Below are positions 1-12,199 of a stretch of DNA of 64,000 nucleotides, piece after piece. Numbering within the stretch: position 1 is the stretch's first letter; each line of letters begins with the position of its first letter. Below the pieces are notes generated by a model. That model saw only the letters and a list, made by a program, of their open reading frames with translations. It ran no database searches and was not told where the DNA came from. The position numbers and the translations under genes were made by a program. Where the stretch lies: assembly GCF_006345805.1 (NCBI RefSeq), contig NW_021831285.1, positions 1 through 64,000 on the forward strand, written 5' to 3'. Source of the stretch: Octopus sinensis. Lineage: Eukaryota.

Positions 1-299
1 TGTCTATAGGTATGTAAAAAATTCTTCAGAGTATCGAATTTCTAAAGATGCTTTGCAAAATAAATTTCTGGAAAATTTTTCTAGCCTAGCTAAATGAGCG
101 GCGCGCTACGCATGGGCAGCCTGTTACATTTTTTGACCTTGCAAATGTCTTGATTATTCGACATTAAATTTTGTATATCTGATTTTTATCGTGATCCTAT
201 TAGATTAGTTTTTATTTATAAATGTTATGATTATAAAGATTTTATTTTTTTATAAGGCAAACATTAATTTATAGCGTGATATTTACGATTAAAGATTGT

Positions 300-1110
300 T
301 TTGTTGCAATGGCTTCTTACAAGGGTTTTGTAAAAGAATCCGTTGAATGTCAAATTTTAAAAGATGCTTTACATAACAAATTTAAGAAGATGGAGAATTT
401 CGTCATTATCAATGGCAAGTATTGTAAATTTGCAATAAATTTACAGACTTTATCTTATCCTCGACAATGAAAACGGAATGGAGTTTGTGGTGAAATTATT
501 ATTTCTCACGGAGGAGTAAATAAAATTGAATAGGTGACAAGATATTCCACTGTCAAGAATGAGATTATCAGAAAAGTCATTCGAAATTGTGAAATTTGCA
601 AATTTTTGCGTTCTTTAAAAGTTTGAAATTTTTTTTAATTGTAGATTTGAGATATAAATCACTATGTGCTCGTTTCATGTCCAAATGAACGCTTTCAAAT
701 AGATATAATAGATCTGAAAAGATTTTCAACACTAAACGACAATTTAAAATGAATTTTAACGGTCGTTGACATTTATTGTAGGTTGGTTTTTTAATTTTTT
801 TATAGATTTGCATTTGCAAGACCACTCTATAATAAGTCTGGTAAAGAAGTGTGTAAAAACTTAAGATTTTTGTTTCGCCTAAATGGACCGTGCAAACTTC
901 CTCAATCGACAATGGGTCGGAATTTAAAAATCAAGAAATAATACAACTATGCGTTGATTTTAACAAATCCACGGAAGGCCTATTAATCCTCGGGCTCAAG
1001 GAATTGTCTAAAGATTTAATTAAACGATAACCAGGAAGTTGTTAAAAATGGTGGATAACATTAAAAAAGTGGGTTGATAAGTTAGAAAATGCTGTCTACC
1101 GTTATAACTA
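300..1110 (+). pseudogene. Degraded rve-type DDE integrase (KRBA2/Ginger2-like transposase)
   Basis: Fragments HGGVNK (~506), PNERFQIDIIDLK (~680), DNGSEFKNQ (~908) and HGRPINPRAQGIV*RFN (~970), with stops and frameshifts; homologous to the integrase at 6618-7070. Confidence 0.8.
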
Positions 1111-1184
1111 GGGCAACCAAAAGTCATTAAAGTCATATCAAAAAAGAATTGTTTTTTTAATTTAATAAACAACTACTGTTTACC

Positions 1185-2273
1185 CTCAGAAGCGCACCAT
1201 GCTTTGCCAATCCCGAGAGTCTTTCCAGATTCGACCATGCCCTTAGGACTTGCCTCGAATCAATATGTAATGCACCATTCGACGATCTTGGCTGGGAACA
1301 GGCAATACTCCCTATCAGTCATGGCGGCATCGGTGTGCGCTCAGCCACTGACCTTTCTTTGCCAGCATTCCTTTCCTCCACACATGCCACGAGCACCCTT
1401 GTCCAAGAGATTCTCCAACCCTTTTCCGAATCCTCTTTGGAAACAGAGTCAGTCGCCGCAAAAAGCCGCTCGCTTGGGTTGTCTCTTGAGCTTCCTCAGA
1501 ATCCGCACGCACAGGCCGAATGGGACAGGATCCTCTGCGACCAGAAGCTAAACAAGCCCAAGCTTAACCAACATCGCTTGGCTTGCTTACTGGCTGCCTC
1601 ACAACCATATTCGGGGGCTTGGTTGACCGCTATCCCAATGGGTTCTATTGGAACCTTATTGGACGATGATTGCCTGAGGATCGGCATATCACTGCGCCTA
1701 GGACTGAACGTATGCCGGGAACACCGGTGTCGCTGTGGATCGACCGTTGACCCCTTTGGATTGCACCCGTTATCGTGCCAAAGAAGTTCCGGACGCTTCC
1801 CTCGACATACGGCTCTGAACGACATAGTCAAGCGGACCCTGGAAACTGCCGGATTCCCTTCACAGCTGGAACCGGTCGGGCTGGCTCGGGAGGATGGTAG
1901 ACGTCCTGATGGTCTAACGACTTTCCCATTTGAAAATGGCAAGTCTCTCATCTGGGACGCCACTTGTACGGATACCTTCTCCTCCGGGAACATCTTGTCG
2001 TCGGCTTAAGAGCCGGGCTCCGCAGCCAACCTGGCCGAAACGCTAAAAATCAAGAAATACAGTGCATTATCTCACCGCCACATCTTTTCCCCGATCGCAG
2101 TGGAGACATCGGGAGTCCTCGGCCCCAGAACTAAAAAATTCCTTATTAAACTGGGGGATTTGGCAAGCAGAAGAAGAAATGATCATCGGGAACGGACATG
2201 GCTTTTCCAACGCATATCAATAGCCATCTTGCGTGGGAATTGCCATTCCATCCTATCCTCTGCTGCTAATTAA
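1185..2273 (+). mobile_element. 5'-truncated CRE-clade non-LTR retrotransposon (end of RT, CCHC knuckle, restriction-like endonuclease)
   Basis: CREHRCRCG...HPLSC...RHTALNDIV, RPDG...WDATC and ETSGVLG motifs; premature TAA at 2007-2009; natural stop at 2271-2273. Confidence 0.9.
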
Positions 2274-2483
2274 ATATACATAATTATCATAAATTGATTC
2301 ACCTTATTACTAAAAATCATAAACAAATTATATTTTTATTTACTTTCGATGTAGTCTTATAGGTCATTAATGTCATGTTTTTTTCATAAAGTCATATGTT
2401 TAAATTTATAAATTAATAATTACGCACGCTTAAATATATTTGTTGTGATGGCTAAACCTAAAAAATCAAATAAAAAGAAAATA

Positions 2484-3420
2484 CAGTCAAACCCCGTTTA
2501 CTCGCCAAATTTGGGACCAAGCAAAAAATGGCGAGTAACTGAATTTGGCTTGTAACTGAATAATCAATATCAAATTTTAATTAAATTTTATATTCACAAA
2601 ATTAAAAATAATTAAAGTAAATAATAAAAATATCATTATTTCAGGCATAGGTCAATAATTAAAAGAATTTTTCTTTTTTTTTTAATTCAATATCCCAATG
2701 ATAAAGCCATTAATTAAGAATTTTTTTAGTCATCCATGCTTTTGAGGAATGACAGTATTTTAAATATTTCTCAATTTTAATGTTTTTAAAGCATCTTTCT
2801 CAAGCATGATTATTAAAGTTTCAACCGATCTTTAAGGATTTTATTTCCAAGTCGAGTTTTTGAGCAAATGCTTTTTGAAGGAACATTTTTATAAAAAAAC
2901 ACCAGTTTCGTCACCATTGTAAACATTTTCAAGATCATATTGTTGTAATTTCGTAGATAAAATTATTTGAAATTTTTCAATTTGCTCATTTAGATTTTCA
3001 GTTATTGAGCCAGATTCTCCATGGAATAATCTTAATTTTAAATTGTTTCTCTGTTTGAATCTGGAAAGCCATCCATTGCTTCCCATAAAATCAGTTATTC
3101 CATGTAATCTTGCAATACTTTTTGCTTTTAATAAAATTGCATTGTCATCAAGAAATCCTCCAGCCAATTCTATTTTCTCGAGCCAAGATACAACTTCCGA
3201 TTCTAGTGCAGGGAATTTTCCGCAAGATAAACGACTTTTTCCCCAAAAAATTGGATTAATAGAGGCTATTTCGCTTTTATTTATTTTTAGAAAATAGTGG
3301 CGAGTAACTGAAACTGGCGAGTAACTGAATTCTTCTTATAAAATTTGATTTTTCGTCAAAAAAGTGGCGACTAACTGAGGTGGCGAGTAAGTGGGGTGGC
3401 GAGTAACCGGGGTTTGACTG
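2484..3420 (-). mobile_element. Internally deleted pogo/Tigger-like Tc1/mariner element
   Basis: TIRs CAGTCAAACCCCG / CGGGGTTTGACTG flanked by TA on both sides; ORF 2889-3167 has CENP-B HTH (GSNGWLSRFKQR) and NGDETG. Confidence 0.9.
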
Positions 3421-4089
3421 TATATAATATGTCACCGGTTTTATAGCCCACCGGGTTGGATAACCCACCATCGAAAAAATTAACAAAAAATATAAATATA
3501 ATCTAAAAATCATCTAAAAATATAATTAACTTGATTTTCTTCTTTTTTATTAGTTTTTATATTTCTGCGTGCTACATAAATCACACATAATTCATTTGAA
3601 GCTTTACATTTTTAAAATAAATAAAATTTAATTTATTTAATGGGAGTCAACAAAAAATAAGAATTAATTCATTTGAAAAAAATCAAAATTTTCATCAAAT
3701 CTTTTTCAATCTACTTAGATGCACGTTTGATGCTGTTTCTCCATTATCTTTAATAATAGTACACGTAGTTTCAAATTTTTCTGAAACTGTACTTATTTAT
3801 ATTTAGTTCGTCATATAATGGGTATCTACGGCTACCAGGTTATCATCCCTGTCGTCTTTCAACAGCACTGTATCTCCAATTTAAATGTCTTCGGCGTCAT
3901 ATTTCTACTTACAACGTTTTTTCATTTTCTCTCCAGCTTTAACAAGGTTTTCATGTACTTGTTTCTCAGTATTTTTATCGTCATTCTCAAAATAATTTGA
4001 ATTTGACTCATCATTTAGTTCTGCATTTATAATTAACAAATTTCCTAGCGAATTCTAATAGGATGATCACAGGAGACTTTATTATTTAA

Positions 4090-5150
4090 AATGTTGTGTT
4101 CCTGTTAAATGTGGAAAAAGTTTCAACATTGAACACATCGCCAAACGTTGATACACAAAAAGAGATTAGAATCAGGAAAATTTAATGTCTAAATTAAGTT
4201 GATTTCTAAAGATGTGGTTTCCGAAGAATCTTTCGCAATCAGTTTGGTCGAAATGATGACAAAAACAAATATTCCGATGTTCAAATTAAGGGGTGTCCAT
4301 TTTCAAACTTTTTTTGAAATTTTGGGATTTTAACTGCCTAGTGAGACACATTCCAAAATCTTGTTTCCACTATTTCTGTGAAACAGGTTGAAAAACTAAA
4401 ATATGTGAACATTATTGCAGGGAAGATTGACAACCCAACCAATATTTATTTAATTGACTGTATTTGTGTTGAGACGTGTGATGCAAGTTCAATTTGTTAA
4501 ACAATTGATGATTGCTTACGAAATTAGCAAGTTAAGAGAAAAAACTTTGTTTTGTTGTTAACTGATGCTGCACCGTATATGATGTCAGCCGCAACTAGCA
4601 TACGTATATTTTATCCGAATATGATTCACCTTACTTGTTTTGCTCATTTACTTTATAATTGGGCACTAAAAGTGCGTTCTCAGTATCAAGCCATCGATTT
4701 CTTAATATCATCGATGAAGATTGTGACGCTTAAAAATAAAAGTCGTCAAAAGCATTTTTCTGAATTTGGTCTACCTCCAGATGTTGTTGTCACAAAATGG
4801 GGCAGCTGGCTTAATGCTGGAACATATTATTCAAAAAATTTGAACAAAATCCGAAAGATAGTTTCCTCGTTATCGAATAATGGAAAAAATTGTTTTGAAT
4901 GCAAAGAAGGCGATAAATTTTGATTCACTGGAGCGGAACTTAGCAAACATAGCATTTTACAACTGTCTAAGCGAATGAATAAAGAAATGTGAAGAACTTT
5001 TTATACTGTTAAAGATGCTATTCAATGTATTAATTCTATCGACTTTGGGGAAGATCCATGTGAGATTGCACAATATTTAAAAAAAGAACAAATTCAATGC
5101 CATGAAATAGCATTCAAGAAGCTAATTTTAGAGATTTCCCTCCTGAATTA
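4090..5150 (+). pseudogene. Degraded hAT-superfamily (DUF659/CGGBP1-like) transposase
   Basis: LLTDAAPYM...HLTCFAH...PPDVVVTKWGSWL in ORF 4552-4923; related copy at 8200-9110. Confidence 0.75.
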
Positions 5151-5159
5151 TTCGTGTAT

Positions 5160-5596
5160 TTATGGAAATGCTTGCACAACATGGCAAACCCAGCACAAAC
5201 AGTCACAACTAACTAATCAAATGAAGGAGCAAGGAACGAAGGGATTGCTTGTGCCGATCAACATTAGCCTCCAAATCTTCATTACAGCCATCCGTCTCCA
5301 AAGAGAGGTGGGGAATTTCTGGTATGCCCAGTTCCCATTTGTCAGCCTCCTACCGTAGCTCACCGCACTTCATTTGAATCCGGACGGGTTTTTCGCATAA
5401 TGGAGATTCTTCATCGGTAATGTGATCAGGGAAAGGTAGGAGGTCCCCTTTCGACATCTGTGTCGTGCCAGATGGACTCGTCGCCTCACGGGTGGGAAAC
5501 GTTGACAAGATTTGACCCCGGCTGAAAACTTGGTTCCATCGGATTTGAACCCACGACGTTTGAATTCCAAAATTCATAGTCTTCAGCCACTGGGGC
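5160..5596 (-). mobile_element. Candidate tRNA-derived SINE (or LINE 5' UTR)
   Basis: Minus strand begins GCCCCAGTGGCTGAAG...TGAAT-TTTGGA-ATTCA...GGGTTCAAATCC (A-box-like, anticodon-like hairpin, B box), followed by a GC-richer body; cloverleaf imperfect. Confidence 0.4.
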
Positions 5597-5880
5597 TTGT
5601 TATACCGAACGGTAAAATCAGTCTCGATTCGAGTGTCCACCCGTATCTCAACTCTTTCATTCGATATTACCTCCTGCATCGAGTGTGTCTTCAACCTTTT
5701 CTGATTCTTCAATCCATAAAGACGACAAAAATGGAGATGCAAACAGCGCACAACTTCATTATGACGTCTCGTGTAGTCAAGATACAGCATACGTTCACAT
5801 CTAGTGGCCAGATGATCCACTGTTTTCTTCGCCGCTTTACAATGAGGGCACCTTGAGACCAGTTCTTCGCTGGAAAAGAA
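5597..5880 (-). mobile_element. Fragment of R4-like RLE retrotransposon (same broad family as 47313-52802)
   Basis: CPHCKAAKKTVDHLATRC...RRHNEVVRCLH...IRVDTRI...NKP closely matches the C-terminus of ORF 49865-52471. Confidence 0.85.
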
Positions 5881-5884
5881 AGTG

Positions 5885-5990
5885 GAATCACCAGGATGTC
5901 TCCACAACGATAGGGATGAAACGATACCGTTGTCCAAGATTTGCGTATTTGGCAATTTTTTTTATATCTGAGAGGGAAGTCTGAAGCTAC
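5885..5990 (-). mobile_element. Short CRE endonuclease-end fragment
   Basis: Minus frame SDIKKIAKYANLGQRYRFIPIVVETS matches the K..KY...Y.F.PIAVETSG of other CRE copies. Confidence 0.6.
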
Positions 5991-6045
5991 CATAATAAAA
6001 GAAGAAACTAGAACTGCATATTTTATATGATAAAATCCTCTAATC

Positions 6046-6335
6046 CAGGGATATCAAACATGCGGCCCGCGAGCCTTATGTGGAAATGAAAGACCAAAAC
6101 ACAAACAAGATACAAATCGAATATTGGATTCAAAATTTGTTGGGGGTTAAAATACCTGCTTTCTTAACTCATCTTCCTAAAAAATTAAAAACTTTAGAAA
6201 TTTAGATTTCCTTATTTTTTATTTTTCAATAAAATAAATAATCTTTCTTTTGTAAAAAATTATTATAAATGCAGCTCCTTAAGGGAAATTCTTTTACAGT
6301 GCGGCCTTTGAAGCGAAATGAGTTTGACACCCCTA
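6046..6335. mobile_element. hAT (Charlie-like) MITE
   Basis: Imperfect TIRs CAGGGATATCAAAC / GTTTGACACCCCTA; degenerate 8-bp TSD CTCTAATC / CTTAAATC. Confidence 0.7.
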
Positions 6336-6377
6336 CTTAAATCCCAATGAACATAACTAATTTGCATCAAAGAGTAT

Positions 6378-7723
6378 TATTATTATCGGCAACTGCCGTA
6401 GAAACATAATATGTCGCGACCCACGCTGGCGACCATCCCACGCTGGCGACCATCAGTTTGACAGGTTATGACCTTCAGTTTGACAGGTGATTCAAACCGG
6501 AAAAAATTCATTTTAAGAAATGGTTTAGCGTCATTTTACAAAAAAAATATGGTTTCTCTCAAAAGATGTTAGCATGAAAAAAGCGACTCAATTAATCATT
6601 ATTAATGATCGGTATATTTGCGACTCCTAACTCATAGTCTTTATCTAAAGGACGAGAATAACCAAAAACACAAATTGGTCATTTGTCTGGACAATGAAAT
6701 GGAGATGAGGACACTAGCATTCGCCATTAACCAAGAATCCCAATGGGGAATACGAAAGCTTCAGAAAAAGTGCAGTGAATTCTATTTCACTGTAAAACGT
6801 CCAATCATCGAACAAATTATAAAAGACTGCGAAATTTGTAAATTTGCCCTACCATTGAAAGTATTTAAAAAAAATACCTAGGTGTCGGATTCTAATTACC
6901 ATGTAACTGCAGGAAAACCCAATGAAAGATTTCAGGCGGATCTTATTGTTGTTAGAAGATATAAAGATTTTAACGATGGATCTAATTGGATACTGACAAT
7001 TATTGACATCTACAGCAAATTTGTTGTCTGCAAATCTTTAAAAAATAAAACTGCTTCTGGTAAGACTTGAAATTTAATTGAAGAAGTGGTGAATAAATTC
7101 CACCTGTCAATCTTGTCAACAATGAAGGTCGCTCAGGTCGCCAGCGTGGGATGGTCGCCAGCGTGGGTCGCGACATAATAGTTATATTTCCACACGTGCG
7201 GCACTTGAAACGATTTTCTTGATAATCCTTGTCCAACCTCCCCTGTTGCATGCTAAGTTTCTCATTGCGTCCAGATCATCCCCATTTTTAAGCTTGCGGT
7301 TGATTGATTTGAGGTCAGCATCCAGCACCTCCGGTAGAGTAATGCGCGGGCGTCCCCAAAATTTTTTTCCACTAGCGGCAAAATATTCTTCCATAGCCAA
7401 ATTTGCGGGTGAAGGATTGGGTGGCTAACAGGCCGGTAACGATTGCGCTTCGTTTGCGCCTCTACAATGCATTTGTGAAACCGGTCTTGCTATACAACTC
7501 CTCCTGTTGGGGGATCTCTGCTTCCGAAATTAAAAACCTTAACTCCTTCCACCAAAGACAACTGCGTATATTATGTGGGGTACAATGGTCGACCCGGATC
7601 AACAACGGGGCACTTTACCGTAAATGCTCAGTGCAACCTGTGATTCTGGATGTGATGGAAGCCCGATGGAGACTGTTCGGACATGTCCTACGGATGGACC
7701 AGACGTCACCCGCAAATTTGGGT
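6378..7723 (-). mobile_element. 5'-truncated, 5'-inverted RTE-like LINE insertion, interrupted by a Ginger2-like element
   Basis: 12-bp TSD ATCAAAGAGTAT at 6366-6377 and 7724-7735; (TAA)n tail at the left end; C-terminus on minus strand (7182-7400) and the preceding segment on plus strand (7413-7721). Confidence 0.9.
6412..7175 (+). mobile_element. Ginger2/TDD-like DNA transposon, internally deleted, with integrase remnant
   Basis: TGT...ACA termini; ~40-bp TIRs containing tandem 17-bp repeats (CCCACGCTGGCGACCAT); 5-bp TSD TAATA; ORFs with C..C zinc motif and KPNERFQAD...IIDIYSKF. Confidence 0.85.
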
Positions 7724-8199
7724 ATCAAAGAGTATGAAGGATTAAATGAACTTATTTATAAATTATAAATATATTCTTATATAAATTTTAATATAATTTT
7801 ATATTTTAAATTATTATTTGATTACACGTGCCCAGTGCTTTTTGTTGGAATTGTCCTATTATTTAGTCGCACTTTATTTTTTATGTAAATGGATTCACAA
7901 GGAATAATTTGTGATGTAATTTCATTTAATGATTAAATTATCTGAAAATTCATCATTTCGTGATATATTTAGAGTTTATTCCTATAATCTGTTTTTTTAC
8001 ATATTTTAAAATTTCTCAAAACTGTTATTTTATTTGCCATCCTTTTTTATTCAATTTATATTCTCAATATTACACTGTGAAGATTGTTTTAGTTCATAGT
8101 AATTTTGATATTTTATGTTTGTGTTTTTTGTATAAAATTATGTATCAGCTCAAATTAGCATTATATTGTGAAATTTGAATTTTTTAACCTTAAAAATTG

Positions 8200-9110
8200 A
8201 AAAATTTAACCTTAAAAATAAGAAACAATAAAATACTTTAAAGACTATTTATTGAAAATGGACATAACATAATTTTCCAAATTTTGTGTAGCAAAGTTTC
8301 TGTTTGACCTCATAAAACTCCTAAATTGCGAAAAGCATCGTTCGATAGATGCCGAGGATGGTTGACAGTTTTGAAGTAACGAATAATCTTCCGGAGAGAT
8401 ATTTTTATTATCCATATTAATAATTTTAGTCATATCGCTCTCTAAAATTCTCTTCTCTAAATATTTTTTGATCCCTGCTTCATCCTTCCCGAAGTCAAGT
8501 GTACTTAACGTCGAATATGCAAATTCTATTGTACATTCGTTACTTTCAAGTTGTCATATTTTCTCTATGAGATTAATTACTATATGAAAAACCTGGAATA
8601 TGTGAATAGTTATGCGAAATTGCACATAAGCTTTTTACTAGTTTTTCACTTTTCAATGCATTTTTGGTGGCAGTCACTAGTATTCCTTCGTCCTCAATCA
8701 AATCAAAAATGTTAATCACTGAGATTAAATTTCTTGAATAAAAAGATGCAGCCTATAACCAGGTGCCCCATCTCGTCAACACAACTTTCGGAGGAATTCC
8801 AATTTCGTAAAACAACAATTTTCGCTTGTAGTTCTTCCTGACAGAAGCTTGCACGCTAGCTATCACATCATCAACTTCTGGATAAGATTTTCTGACCTCC
8901 ATTGAACAATTATGCAAAATATGGGTGACGCAATTAACATGAAAAAGATTGGGATATAAATTTTTTAAAATTTTCCCGGCTAAATCATCAATTAATTAAA
9001 ACAATACCGGATGTCATATACCGTGCAGCATCGGAAATGAGAAGCATAAAATTATCCCGTTCAACCATAAGGTTTCGAATGGAATCATCTACGATCTGTG
9101 CTATGATATT
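8200..9110 (-). pseudogene. Degraded hAT-superfamily (DUF659-like) transposase, second copy
   Basis: Minus strand GIPPKVVLTRWGTWL and SSASIERCFS...RSNRNF dimerisation-domain end (ORF 8245-8433). Confidence 0.7.
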
Positions 9111-10008
9111 TTTTGTTATTTTGAAAATTGTTTTGTTGTTTTGAAAATTGTTTTGTTGTTTTGAAAATTGTTTTGTTGTTTTGAAAATGTTTTGTTGTTT
9201 TGAAAATGTTTTGTTGTTTTGTTTTGAAAATTGTTTTGTTATTTTGAAAATTGTTTTGTTGTTTTGAAAATTGTTTTGTTATTTTGAAAATTGTTTTGTT
9301 GTTTTGAAAATTGTTTTGTTATTTTGAAAATTGTTTTGTTATTTTGAAAATTGTTTTGTTGTTTTGAAAATTGTTTTGTTATTTTGAAAATTGTTTTGTT
9401 GTTTTGAAAATTGTTTTGTTATTTTGAAAATTGTTTTGTTGTTTTGAAAATTTTTTTTTTTTTTTAAAATGAGAGAACAAGAATCCGAACTAATTAAGAA
9501 GATCATTGTCTCCAGAAAACCCTTTCCATTGAAGATCCAACAGGGAATGTGCACAAGTCTGAGTCGTCGCCGTTATGTTCGGAAAGGGGAGTAGAACCGA
9601 CTCCGTTACAACAGACATATGCATACATCTGAAGGAAATCCTTAGATTAGGTGATTCTGGTGGCCAACGCATCACACTAATAGAAACCAACGAGCGCAAC
9701 CGCGTGTAATTAAGAAGATCCAAACACACTAATAGAAACCAACGAGCGCAACAACGAGCGCAACCGCGTTTTGAAAATTGTTTTGTTATTTTGAAAATTG
9801 TTTTGTTATTTTGAAAATTGTTTTGTTATTTTGAAAATTGTTTTGTTGTTTTGAAAATTGTTTTTTATTTTGAAAATGTTTTGTTGTTTTGAAAATTGTT
9901 TTGTTATTTTGAAAATTGTTTTTGTTGTTTTGAAAATTGTTTTGTTATTTTGAAAATTGTTTTGTTATTTTGAAAATTGTTTTGTTGTTTTGAAAATTGT
10001 TTTGTTAT
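9110..10008. repeat. 20-bp minisatellite TTTTGAAAATTGTTTTGTT(G/A), two arrays split by an insertion
   Basis: About 17 units at 9110-9451 and about 12 at 9769-10008, read directly. Confidence 0.95.
9452..9768 (-). mobile_element. Poly(A)-tailed retro-insertion (probable LINE 3' end) inside the minisatellite
   Basis: T15 at 9451-9465; TTTTGAAAAT on both sides; ORF 9490-9729 ends shortly before the tail; internally re-copied 5' end. Confidence 0.65.
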
Positions 10009-10586
10009 AATTAATATTGTATTTTGTAAATATTTTGTCAGTCTGTCCATCCTTTCCCTGCCATAAAATGTCGCGCCTCAAAAAGGAAATTATTTTTGAA
10101 CATATCTCAGGTAATTTTGATATTTTATGTTTATGTGTTTTTTTATAAAATTATTTATGAATTTTGAAAATTGTTTTGTTATAATTAATATTGTATTTTG
10201 TAAATATTTTGTATTTCTGTTTCAAACATCGACCAATGCATTCTCAGTCCTTTCCCTGTCATACGATCTCGCGCCTCAAAATGGAAATTATTTTGGAACA
10301 TATCTCATGTAATTTTGATATTTTATGTTTGTGTTTTTGAAATGAAGCTTTGACATTTATAAGAAAAAGCATGTTCCATTTTTATTTTTGTTAACTGTAT
10401 TTATTAACTAAAATTGTGAATTTTGAAAAGTGAAAATTGTTTTGTTAAAAGTAATATTGTATTTTATGAATGTTTTGATATTTTTTTTCAATAAACAAAC
10501 TTAGATCCAAAAACGAAAATAATCTTTTAAGATCGGCCAAATAATGTAATACAACAACAAGGACGATTTTTATATCAAATTATTAT

Positions 10587-10990
10587 TCAATTGAATACAA
10601 AATTCCCGGCCTCGTAGATGGAAACACAGTTTCCACGTACTATAGCCAAGGAAATCCTTTCGAGAAGCCACTTGGACTCGCGTGGGTCTCCCCGTTTATG
10701 GGAAGTCATGCGGCCAAGCTTTTTCAAAAAGGAGAGAGACTTTTCGCCGATGACGCCGGATGTCTCGACGGCGATAGGAGTGAACAGATATCGTTCAGAG
10801 AGCTCCTTGTACTTTCCGATCTTCATTTTTTCGGTTTTGCGAGAGACTGAGCCAGCCTCGACAGCTGAAGAAAGAAGATTAAGCTTTGAGAAAGTGTCTG
10901 AACACGTCGCATCCCATATCAGAGACTTGCCGAACTCAAACGGGAAAGTCGATAGACCGTCGGGTCTTTTTCCGTCTCGTTTCAGTTTTT
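10587..10990 (-). mobile_element. CRE retrotransposon 3' fragment
   Basis: RDGKRPDGLSTFPF...WDATCSD...PIAVETSG...RISLAIVRGN. Confidence 0.9.
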
Positions 10991-11575
10991 CCGTCATTTG
11001 CTATTTTATATTTCTGTTTCTTGATAAAATTATTAATCAACGAAAATCCCAAGTTGTTTTAAAATGCGTTTATACACCCCTCGACATTAAAATTTGGACA
11101 GTTAATAAATCGTCATTTTTATTATCAATTTTATTAAATTAAAAACTTAAGCATGCTTATATCATCTATATTTTTTAATTTTATAATATTTATCCATAAA
11201 TCTTTTTAGAATATTGAGAATAAAGCAAAAACCGATTTTTAAGACAAAAAATTTCGGACAAATGTCAAAAAATAAAATATCAGTAAGGAATATGCTTTCC
11301 TCTCGATTTATATAACTTTAAACTCCGAGTTTTCATCGAATTTATTAATTTTCGAATAAAATCAATTGGAAGTTTATTCCAAATTTCTAATATTTTATTT
11401 TTTTGATGTTTATTTTTTGGTCGATTTTCTGCATCATCCCTCGATAATTCATATTTAGTTTTTGACCAAATATGTTCAATGGGATTCATATCGAGGGATT
11501 GTGCCGGTCAATCGAGTAAATTAATTTTGTTTGCAGAAAAATACTCCTTTGTTGCTTTCGAAGTATGACATGGGG

Positions 11576-11990
11576 CAGCGTTTCCCAACCTTTTTGTGCT
11601 CGCGGTACCTAAAACTTGGTTTTTTTTCTCCCGGCATTTAAAAAATCAGTATTCATTAGAAATGTTTTTTTAATTAATATATTCAAGAAACTTAACAAAA
11701 AATTACCAAATTGTAATTATAATAACTAATGAGACACTTGTGTTTGTTTATGTGCACACAAAATTTTCAGACGGGGACGAATTTGCGACAAACATACGCG
11801 GAGGTCATCTTCAACTGATAACAACCAGTTTCTGTTTTTTGACGAGACAAGAGAAAGCTTGTTCACACTTATATGATGTGAGAACTGAAGTAATATTTTG
11901 ATTGCTTTTTTAAAAATTGAAGGATAAGAATCTTTTATCAAAATCCAGAACTTATCTGTCTTTATTTTAGTAAATTTAATTTTTTAATGT
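11576..11990 (-). mobile_element. hAT (Buster/ZBED5-like) 3' fragment
   Basis: TIR CAGCGTTTCCCAACC at 11576; ORF YPSIFKKAIKILL...VEDDLRVCLS...QVSH. Confidence 0.75.
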
Positions 11991-12199
11991 GCGGTCATAT
12001 CGAAGTTGACAAAGCTCCTCCTCTTCTGTTAGAGTAAGTTGATATTCACATGATTCGGAGAATGGATTTCTAATCTAATCATATATTTCAATATTAAGAG
12101 ACGGAAAATAATGATTGATGCTCTCTTCCAATTCTTCTAGATTTGCAGGCGGGTAATATGTCACGAGCTGGACGCGTTACCGAGCCGGACGCGAAAATA

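Noticed and set aside
5350-5955. 201-aa ORF as a novel gene
   Set aside because: It is a chance read-through across three abutting pieces: an off-frame CRE fragment, an R4-like fragment and the SINE-like sequence.
9110-10008. Repeat array with a unique internal segment as a possible CRISPR
   Set aside because: Units are head-to-tail with no spacers, the single insert is a poly(A) retro-insertion, there are no cas genes and the context is eukaryotic.
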